Shown here: piece after piece, positions 20,953-29,400 of the stretch
How positions within the stretch are numbered: position 1 is the first letter of the stretch
Layout: each line of letters opens with the position of its first letter
DNA from: an uncultured Rhizobium sp.
GTDB lineage: Bacteria; Pseudomonadota; Alphaproteobacteria; Rickettsiales; UBA1997
Length of the DNA: 64,000 nucleotides
Reading direction: 5' to 3'
Assembly: GCA_964506725.1 (NCBI GenBank)
Contig: CAZDLU010000007.1
Location: forward strand, 1,036 to 65,035
The notes under the pieces: model-generated
Database searches by the model: none
What the model was told of the DNA's origin: nothing
The model's input: the letters and a program-made list of their open reading frames with translations, nothing else
Position numbers and translations under genes: made by a program

Positions 20953-21086
20953 AAAATCCCCCTACCCCCCTTCTAGGGGAAGACGTGCTACACTTCGTTT
21001 TGCAACGTCAGAGTACCATAACGATACTTTGAGTTTGCTTATACAAGATGTGCTTGCGCAACGTCAGAGTGCCAGGACGACACTTT
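20953..21086. repeat. Intergenic repeat, family B (AAAATCCCCCTA...CTTCTA.GGGGAAG.CGTGCT...GCAACG.CAGAGTACC), copy 1 with internal sub-repeat
   Basis: aaaatccccctaccccccttctaggggaagacgtgcta...gcaacgtcagagtacc matches the reverse complement of 46607-46674. The sub-motif gcaacgtcagagt(a/g)cc occurs twice here (about 21002 and 21058). Confidence 0.7.
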
Positions 21087-21104
21087 TTTATTTGCGTCAG
21101 CACG

Positions 21105-23180
21105 TTATTTAATCTGATCGTAATTCGAACGCGACATCAAATATTTATAAACTATCAAGTTTTCCATGATGCGCTGAACGTAATTTCTAGTTTCAGAATA
21201 TGTTATTAATTCAATCCAATCAACTACTTTATCAAGGTCTTTGGCCTTGCGCGGATCGTAAAATTCATTGATCCAACGCTGTGTTGCGTTAGGTCCGGCG
21301 TTGTATGAGGCAATTGCCAACATTTCCGAACCGTCAAATCGATCTATTAATTGTTTTATATAATGCGAACCAAGCGTGATATTATATTTAATATCATAAG
21401 CTAATTTATGCTTATTATATTTTATGCCTAAATCTTTGGCGACCAGTTTTGCTGTAGCCGGCATCAATTGCATAAAACCAATTGCACCAACATTACTCAT
21501 CGCACTTACCACAAATCCGCTTTCTTGTTTAATTATAGCGTGAACCAACGGCGCGTAAGCGTCGCCTTCAACTTCTTTTACAATTTGAAATTTATCCTTT
21601 ATGAAAAATACATTTCTTTTAGCAGCAGTGCGCGAAACCTTGGCATCAAGAGCGCGATCGCCGATTTCATTAATTATTTTCATCACAACCGCAATTTCGC
21701 CGTCGCTTTTAGCATTATTTACAATCCAGTCAAAAATCTTTCCGGCATTATCTTTGTCACCGGTTAAAGCCAGTAAGTAAGCCACTTGCGCCGCTTTTAA
21801 ATTAGCGATTGTTGTCATGTCTTTTCCGGTGATATCGGGATCTTTCGGTAAAATAATATCATCCTGCGCGCTTACGCTATCAAGGAGCCGATGCTTGTGA
21901 ATTGCCAATTGTCCATAGAAAAAAATCGGATATTTTGTTGCTTCCTTATACCATTTAATTGCTTCAACTCTATCACCATCAGCTTGCGCCGCCATACCAA
22001 GCCAATAATCTGCGCGTGCTAAAGTTACGGCTTGCGTTACATTACTTTGTAAACTTTGGAAATGTTTAAAAGCAACTTTCGGCTCGTCTAAAAAACGCAG
22101 CGCAATCCAGCCGGTAGTCCATTCTGCTTCCCAATAATTCGCAGAAGCAAAAGGTAAATTATGAGCTGAAACTATTTTATAAGCCGCACTATATTTTTTA
22201 CTTTTTAGAAGCTCGCGACCATAGAGACGACGCAAGTTCCACCACTTTTCAGCAAATTGTGAATTCTTGGGTAAATCTTCCATTAAATCAATGGCTTCAT
22301 CCTTATCGTCATGCGCTTTATGCCACATAATTCTGTGGTAAGTTAAATTTTCATGGGCCCTTAATTTTCTTGGAACTTCAAGAACTATTCTGTCGATATA
22401 TTTTGGTTTTTTTTCAATTTCTATAATTGCTGTAAAAAGTTTTTTATAATCATCATTTGTAAGTAAATTCATAATGCGGTTGGCCTCAGTAATTTTGCCA
22501 TCCCAAAGCAATCTGTCAATGCGCGCAATATGATCTATTTCATTTAATTGTTGTTGATATTTTGCTAAAAAATTTTCTTCTTCAACAAGAGAAAAGTTTT
22601 CTTTAATCCAAATCTCTGAAATCAGCGCCCGCAAGTCTTGATTTGCTTTCACTCTTTCTTGCTCAGTTAAATTTTTGCGCGATAAAAAATCTATTTTTGC
22701 TTTTAGTAAATAAATTTTTGATTCGGTTGTATTTGCCGGATTTGTTTTAAAATATTGTTCACTGGCCTGATATGGAATGTCATTGGCAATAGCCACTTTT
22801 TCAGCATTGCGCTGCATTTCTTTATAATTCGGATAAAATTTATTATCATTAACGAAACGGGAAATATCATTAAAAGAAATGCCATGCGCATCAATTTTAT
22901 TACTATATTTATTCCACAAAATAATATCTTTCAGACTTTCGGAAAAGCCAAGTTTTACCTGGCCTTCGGCGCTTACTTCATCTTGTAATAGTTTTGCTTG
23001 TTTTAAAGCTTCTTCATAATTTTTATTTTTTAAATCGGCGCTAATTTTTTTAATGATTTGTAAATCATGTTGGTCAATTTTTTTCCATAATTTAGCACTC
23101 ATAGAAGCCGAAGCGGTAGTAGGAGCGACAGCAAATGCCGTTACAAAAATTATTTGTAAAATTTTAGATATTTTATGCAA
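21105..23180 (-). CDS. slt: Soluble lytic murein transglycosylase (Slt70-like)
   Basis: Signal peptide, long alpha-superhelical N-terminal region and a C-terminal goose-type lysozyme domain (IIKQESGF, GFMQLMPATA, ASYNAGP). TTG start at 23180. Confidence 0.85.
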   Translation of the reverse strand: MHKISKILQIIFVTAFAVAPTTASASMSAKLWKKIDQHDLQIIKKISADLKNKNYEEALKQAKLLQDEVSAEGQVKLGFSESLKDIILWNKYSNKIDAHGISFNDISRFVNDNKFYPNYKEMQRNAEKVAIANDIPYQASEQYFKTNPANTTESKIYLLKAKIDFLSRKNLTEQERVKANQDLRALISEIWIKENFSLVEEENFLAKYQQQLNEIDHIARIDRLLWDGKITEANRIMNLLTNDDYKKLFTAIIEIEKKPKYIDRIVLEVPRKLRAHENLTYHRIMWHKAHDDKDEAIDLMEDLPKNSQFAEKWWNLRRLYGRELLKSKKYSAAYKIVSAHNLPFASANYWEAEWTTGWIALRFLDEPKVAFKHFQSLQSNVTQAVTLARADYWLGMAAQADGDRVEAIKWYKEATKYPIFFYGQLAIHKHRLLDSVSAQDDIILPKDPDITGKDMTTIANLKAAQVAYLLALTGDKDNAGKIFDWIVNNAKSDGEIAVVMKIINEIGDRALDAKVSRTAAKRNVFFIKDKFQIVKEVEGDAYAPLVHAIIKQESGFVVSAMSNVGAIGFMQLMPATAKLVAKDLGIKYNKHKLAYDIKYNITLGSHYIKQLIDRFDGSEMLAIASYNAGPNATQRWINEFYDPRKAKDLDKVVDWIELITYSETRNYVQRIMENLIVYKYLMSRSNYDQIK

Positions 23181-23284
23181 TTTGAGAGGATTTAACAGTT
23201 GTAAAAAAGAAAAAACGCTTTAACTTTTAGCCGCACTTATATTAAGTTACTTGAAAATTTTTAAAAAAAAAGATCTTACTTAAA

Positions 23285-23605
23285 ATGAATTTCATCAATA
23301 AGTTACTAATAAAATTATTTTGCCAAAAGGTCGGTTTTGACGAATTCGGCAATGAATATTTTACTAATAAAAAAGGCAAAAGATTTGTAGTTTATAAAGG
23401 AATTGCCGAGGCTTCAAAAATACCGGCAAAATGGCATGGCTGGATGCATTATGCTACTAATGTTTTGCCAAATGCCAGCAATATTAAAGATTATCCTTGG
23501 CAGAAAATCCATTTGCCAAATTTGACCGGAACCAAGAATGCGTACAGTCCGAACAACTTTGCGACCGTCAAACCAGAGTATGAAGCTTGGAATCCAAATA
23601 AATAA
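23285..23605 (+). CDS. NADH:ubiquinone oxidoreductase subunit NDUFA12-like protein
   Basis: DEFGNEYF...KRFVVY...IPAKWHGWMHY matches the B17.2/NDUFA12 family pattern common in alphaproteobacteria. Confidence 0.8.
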   Translation: MNFINKLLIKLFCQKVGFDEFGNEYFTNKKGKRFVVYKGIAEASKIPAKWHGWMHYATNVLPNASNIKDYPWQKIHLPNLTGTKNAYSPNNFATVKPEYEAWNPNK

Positions 23606-23612
23606 ATAATTT

Positions 23613-24074
23613 ATGAATAAAAATAATAATTATTTTGAAATTATTGTCGGAACTTTTGTGTTGCTTTGTGCCGCTTTCTTTTTTTTCGATTCTTATAGTA
23701 GCGCCAAAATAAGCCATGAAGGCGGCTATTTTTTAATTGCAAAATTTGATAATGCTGACGGAATCAATAACGGTAGCGATGTAAAAATTTCCGGTGTAAA
23801 AATTGGCGTGGTCGAAGATCAATCTTTAGATAAGGAAACCTTTCGCGCTACTTTAAAAATCAATATCGATCCTTCAATAAAAATTCCGGCAGATTCTTCG
23901 GCTAAAATTGCTTCCGAGGGATTGCTCGGATCCAAATATTTAGCAATTTCTCCTGGCGGCGATGAAGAAAATTTAAGCAATGGTGATGAAATTATTTTTA
24001 CGCAATCATCAGTAAATTTTGAAGACCTTTTGGGTAAATTTATTTTTGGCGATAAGAAAAATGAAAAGAAATAA
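23613..24074 (+). CDS. mlaD: Outer membrane lipid asymmetry maintenance protein MlaD (MCE domain)
   Basis: N-terminal TM helix then an MCE domain: ADGINNGSDVKISGVKIGVVEDQSLD...FRATLKINIDPSIKIPADSSAKIASEGLLGSKYLAISPG. Confidence 0.8.
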   Translation: MNKNNNYFEIIVGTFVLLCAAFFFFDSYSSAKISHEGGYFLIAKFDNADGINNGSDVKISGVKIGVVEDQSLDKETFRATLKINIDPSIKIPADSSAKIASEGLLGSKYLAISPGGDEENLSNGDEIIFTQSSVNFEDLLGKFIFGDKKNEKK

Positions 24075-24483
24075 ATTTTTTGTAATATTTTTTGCAATGA
24101 TAATCGCAAGCATTAACTGCTTCGCACAAGAAAATCTTGAATTAACTTCTGATAAAATCGATCCCTCGCATTTTTACGGAACGGCTTCTGTCCAACTTTT
24201 AAATAAAACTACTGCCAAATCTTCTAATATTGATTTAAAAATTAATCAGGAAACTAAGTTTGGTACTTTGTCCATCAAAGCTTTGAGATGTTGGAAATCT
24301 TCGATTGATCAAAAGCCGGAAAATAAAGTTTTACTTGAAGTCTTTGAAGATCAAGGTTCTAAAGCTGATGAAAAACCGACATTCAAAAGAATTTTTTATG
24401 GTTGGATTTTTTCTTCCAGCCCTTCTGTTTCAGGGCTTGAACATCCAATCTATGATATTATTGTTCTAAATTGTAAAAAATAA
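24061..24483 (+). CDS. Secreted DUF2155-like protein
   Basis: Signal peptide [23 protein letters not shown] (ATG 24061 preferred over track start 24019). Its position after NDUFA12-like and mlaD matches a gene order I recall as conserved in alphaproteobacteria. The domain call is from memory of that context and the motif [11 protein letters not shown]. Confidence 0.55.
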   Translation: MKRNKFFVIFFAMIIASINCFAQENLELTSDKIDPSHFYGTASVQLLNKTTAKSSNIDLKINQETKFGTLSIKALRCWKSSIDQKPENKVLLEVFEDQGSKADEKPTFKRIFYGWIFSSSPSVSGLEHPIYDIIVLNCKK

Positions 24484-24485
24484 TT

Positions 24486-25127
24486 ATGATAAAAATCGCG
24501 CCTTCAATTCTTTCGGCCAACTTTGCTAAATTAGGTGAAGAAATTCAAGCAATTGAAAAAGCCGGTGCGGATTATATTCATATTGATGTGATGGATGGAA
24601 GTTTCGTTCCCAACATTACGATTGGTAATGAAGTTATAAAATCTTTGCGCTCTGTTTCATCCCTGCCCTTTGACGTTCATTTGATGATTAATAATCCCGA
24701 TAATCATGTTGAAGCTTTTGCTAAAGCCGGCGCCGATATTATTACGATACATGCTGAAGCTGTGACTCATCTGGATCGCAGCCTTTCTTTGATAAAATCT
24801 TTTGGTAAAAAGGTCGGTGTTTCAATTGTGCCTTCAACCAGTGAAGATGTTTTAGATTATGTTTTGGAAAAATTGGATTTAATTTTAGTTATGAGCGTTA
24901 ATCCTGGTTTTGGCGGGCAAAAATTTTTGGATTCGCAATTAAAAAAAATTGAAAATATTAGAAAAAAAATTGATAGAATCGGAAAAAATATCGATCTTGA
25001 AGTTGATGGCGGAATTAATGATAAAACCGCGAGATCGGCAGTCGCGGCAGGAGCTAATGTTTTGGTTTCAGGATCTTATATTTTTGGAAATAAAAATTAC
25101 GCACAAGCTATTTCAAGTTTAAGATAA
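24486..25127 (+). CDS. rpe: Ribulose-phosphate 3-epimerase
   Basis: [51 protein letters not shown]. Confidence 0.95.
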   Translation: MIKIAPSILSANFAKLGEEIQAIEKAGADYIHIDVMDGSFVPNITIGNEVIKSLRSVSSLPFDVHLMINNPDNHVEAFAKAGADIITIHAEAVTHLDRSLSLIKSFGKKVGVSIVPSTSEDVLDYVLEKLDLILVMSVNPGFGGQKFLDSQLKKIENIRKKIDRIGKNIDLEVDGGINDKTARSAVAAGANVLVSGSYIFGNKNYAQAISSLR

Positions 25128-26488
25128 TGAAAAAATTTATAGTCTACGGCCTTGGCTTTTCCGGTATTTCAGCCATAAAATTTCTAGCAAAAAATAATGA
25201 AGTAATTGCGACAGATGATAATGAAAAAGCAATTATTGATGCGCAAAAGAAAGTCAATTTATCACAAGTAAAATTTTTAAAACCGGATGAAATTGAATAT
25301 GATGCTAACACGACAGTCAGTTTTGCTCCCGGCATTCCATTATATTTTCCTAAGCGTCATAAAATATTAGAAAAAAAAGTTGATCTTGCTTGCGACATCG
25401 AAGTTTTTTACAGAAATAATTCAAAAAATAATTTTATCGGAATCACCGGAACTAACGGCAAATCTACAACAACGGCACTTACCGGCTTTGTTTTAAAGGA
25501 ATTGGGAATTGATGTTGAAGTTGGCGGAAATATTGGTGTGCCTTGTTTTGATTTGCCTGCGGAAGAGAAAAAAACTTATGTTTTTGAAATGTCGTCTTAC
25601 CAATTAGACTTACTTTCACAGACTCATTTTCACATAGCATGTCTTTTAAATATAACTCCTGATCACATTGACAGACATGGCTCTCTGGCTGGTTACATTG
25701 AGGCAAAAAAAAGAATTTTTAGAAACCAAAATGAAAATGATTTTGCATTGATTGACGTTGATAATGAAAATTCACGTACGGTTTTTGAAGAGTTAAAAAA
25801 TGATAAAAATTTTAAGGCAAAATTAATTCCGATTTCGACATTAAAGCCGCAAGATTCAGGAATAGCACTGATCGATGGCGTTTTATTTGATGGAATAAAT
25901 AATTTAAAAACTGAACTAAAATCAAAATTTTTAAAAGGAAAACATAATGAACAGAATATGGCTTTTGCTTATGCTGTTACTATGTTGGGTTTTAAATTTG
26001 AGGCTGCAAAAATAATTGAAACCATAAAAAAATTTAAAGGTTTACGTCACCGCATGCAATTGCTTGGCGAAGTTAATGGTATAAAATTTATCAACGACAG
26101 TAAGGCAACTAATGCGGAATCAACAGAGCATGCATTGCGTGCTTATGATGGCATTTTTTTAATTTTAGGCGGAAAACCAAAAGATGGTGGAATCGAAATT
26201 TTAAAACCTTATTTTAAGAAACTTATTAAAGTTTACTTGATCGGTGAAGCAAGCGAAGAATTCGCTAAAACACTAAGCGCAGAGCAAGTTGATTTTGAGA
26301 AATGCGGCAATTTGGAAAATGCCTTTAAAAAAGCATTTTTTGATGCAAAAAATAATAGCTTATCACAAAAAAACATTTTACTATCGCCGGCTTGCGCATC
26401 TTTCGACCAATGGAAAAATTTTGAAGAGCGCGGAGACTATTTCTGCAAGCTTTTTGATGAATTATCTAAAACCGAAAATCAAAATTGA
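25127..26488 (+). CDS. murD: UDP-N-acetylmuramoylalanine--D-glutamate ligase
   Basis: Mur ligase P-loop GITGTNGKSTT, DSKATN and LLSPACASFDQW motifs. 453 aa. Confidence 0.93.
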   Translation: MKKFIVYGLGFSGISAIKFLAKNNEVIATDDNEKAIIDAQKKVNLSQVKFLKPDEIEYDANTTVSFAPGIPLYFPKRHKILEKKVDLACDIEVFYRNNSKNNFIGITGTNGKSTTTALTGFVLKELGIDVEVGGNIGVPCFDLPAEEKKTYVFEMSSYQLDLLSQTHFHIACLLNITPDHIDRHGSLAGYIEAKKRIFRNQNENDFALIDVDNENSRTVFEELKNDKNFKAKLIPISTLKPQDSGIALIDGVLFDGINNLKTELKSKFLKGKHNEQNMAFAYAVTMLGFKFEAAKIIETIKKFKGLRHRMQLLGEVNGIKFINDSKATNAESTEHALRAYDGIFLILGGKPKDGGIEILKPYFKKLIKVYLIGEASEEFAKTLSAEQVDFEKCGNLENAFKKAFFDAKNNSLSQKNILLSPACASFDQWKNFEERGDYFCKLFDELSKTENQN

Positions 26489-29400
26489 TCCTAAAGGTTT
26501 GGTAAAAAACTTAACCGTTTGTCTTGCCTTAATTTTTGCTACTTCACTAATCTTTTTTTCTCCAATAAGTCACTCTGATGCTCTTCCGGATTGTGCAGTA
26601 TATTCAGGAACGCCGAACCCGGGAGTTAATTGCCTTTATTTAGGAAAGCCGCTTTGTTCAACTTTAAACGTTTCACCACAACCGCGAGTTAATTGTGCCG
26701 ATTTAATTGATTTACCGCTTTGCTCCGATATTGATAATCCGGCAAATATTTTAACAAATAAAAATTGTGTTAAAAAATGCAGTGATTCATCTTTTAATAA
26801 TCCTGATCCGACTAAGGTGCGTGGTGTAGATTATGCGATTCATAATAAAAATTGCATAAGGTTTTGTGATGAAGCGACTACGGAAGGAGTAACTCCGAGC
26901 TCGACAAATTGTGTACAAAAAAAATGTTATCAATTAAATACTTCAGTTACTCCGGATGCAACTTCAGCATCGGCAAATTGCACAATAACGCCGTGCAACC
27001 TACTTACGCCTGATGAATTAAATGATACCAGATTTGATGATAGTAGCAAAAAATATTGTGACGGTTCGGCAAAATGCTATACTTTTACTAAAGCGCAATT
27101 GCCTTATTTAAAGCTTAGGGCTACTAATACTATGTGCAAAATACATGATTGCACGCCCTACCCTGTTGCTTCGCCGCCAATTTGTGGTGTTGATGATGTT
27201 GTAAATATTACTAACAAAGATGCTAGTGAGACAGGATATTCCTCGGTTTATATAGAAAAAATAAACGCCGGTTTACCGCTTGATAATAATACGATTTGTA
27301 CTCCCGTAATATGTAAACCGGTGGTGCAAAGACAATATCGTTGCACTAATTCTTCAGGAACAATAGTGGGAGATAGTACCGATACCACGCCAAATGTAAA
27401 TTGCGATGCTAGTGGCGGTGGACATGTTTGTTCTGCGATTAATATGTGTTATAAAACAATTGATTGCAATAAGCCGGAGAACAGCTCGCAAGATGAATGT
27501 GCAACTTCCATATCAGATAGCGATGCTCCTCCGGAAGATAGTTTTGAAAGCACCCTTAATACTTGGTTCTATAGACCAAAACCCATGGATAAAGCTTTAA
27601 TAAGTAGTTCTACCGGAATATTGCGCAATATGGAAAGCGGGCTTTGTTATACTTCAGACCAAATGGATGAATTTGAACCGGGAGGATTTTTAGAAATTTT
27701 AGGAATTAATTTAGGATATTTTCACTCATTTATTTTGCCGGGACATAGTACTTCCGGTGGCATGTGCAGCGCTGATCATGTGGGCTCGCGTGGCAAAGGC
27801 TATATCTATCTTTGCGGTACTGACGGACTTTTATATAATAGTATAAGTGAACATAGCGGTTTTCAAAAAGGGTATGTCAGAAGTGTTTTTACTGAAGGTG
27901 ATGCTATACATAAAGTTACTTTTTGTTTACGTTTTAAAAATGCTATGAGGCCAGATGCGGCAGGATCCGGTGAGACATGCGGCTCAAGAGAATGCGGTGT
28001 AAGCTGTGCATTTGGCAGTTGCACGCAAGCTTGCGGTTATGATATTTGCCGCGAACTAACTATTACTGAAAAAAATTCGCAAGATTGTATGATGGGAAAT
28101 GATATCTTTGGTGGCGGCGATAAAAGTTGTATGACAACAGTTGATACTTATGTACGTTTGCGGGCTGTGGGCTATAAAAATAAAATTTGCGGATTCGTAG
28201 ATTCAAAAGGTCAATTTGCCTATAATCCAATGTTTTTTGATGGCAGTGAAACTCTTGAAGATGGTCAATGTATTTCCGGAGTAAAAAATACCGATGGCAG
28301 TTGTAACGGTAAAAATACTAATGACAGCGAAGAAGTTGCAACGAAATTTCGCACTATTTTAAAAATTCCTTATATCCAGAGCAATCAACCAAGTGATGAC
28401 GCGCAAGGCTATTTAACGCGCGATGGTAGGCTTTTTAACAAGCAAGAATGTACCAACATTGCCTTGCGTGTAAGACCTCCAAGACTCTATAATTTAGCTA
28501 ACGTTCAAAATTCTACCAAGCTATTTTCGCCGCCTTTATATATTTTAAACGTGCGCCAAAAAAGAGGTGGAATTATTTCAAATCCACTCAGTAGCGCTGA
28601 TACTTATGGCCCGACTGATTTTTATTATCCGGAAATGGAAATAAAATTTGGTACTTCGACACAAAAATTAAGTTTAGGACTTGGCTTTACCGGCTATGAA
28701 GACGAAGATCATGCTGATTCTGAAAGTTTCCACACCGTTACAACAACTGCCGGTACTATAACTTATTCCGTAGAAATTTTTGTTAGAAAAGAATATGGCG
28801 CTCTTGATCGCATGCCGAAATTTTGTTTGTACCGCAAACAAAAAAATTATAGTGGCGAATATTTAGCGCCGGTTCAAGTTGCTTGCGTGGTACGAAATTA
28901 TCCTGAAATAAATAATAGTACGAATTTAGAAAAAATAATAATCGATCAAAATTCTAACGCTAATTACGATGATGCTAAAATTAAATTTAAATATTTTTAT
29001 GGTAGTGGTACGGATTGTGCTGCCGGTAGCAACCATTGCTCAGATCAAGTAACATTGGTAAATGACGTTCAGGCGACTCCGGCTTGTGCTTCAGATGTTG
29101 AGAAATATCAGGTTTGCGCGCAAAGGGAAGAATGTAGCAAGTTAAATATTGAGTGTATAAAAAATGAAGTGAATTTGCAGCAGGCTAAAGCTAATGGCGC
29201 TCCAACCGGTTCGTACGAGGCTATCAGAAATGATTGCCAGCAAAATTTATTGCCGATTTGCAGCAGAAAAAAAGGCATTGCGCCAAGTGATAGCGCTACT
29301 TTATATAATCAAAATCCTGATAATTCTGCGGGAAGCGCTACAGCCTACGGTTGGTTTAATGAAGTATGTTTGGTTTACGGTTTTGAAACTAAATTAAAAA

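Noticed and set aside
26289-26456. N-terminal extension of the giant ORF as listed in the track
   Set aside because: It would overlap the last 200 nt of murD in another frame. The signal-peptide-like sequence begins only after the internal ATG at 26457.
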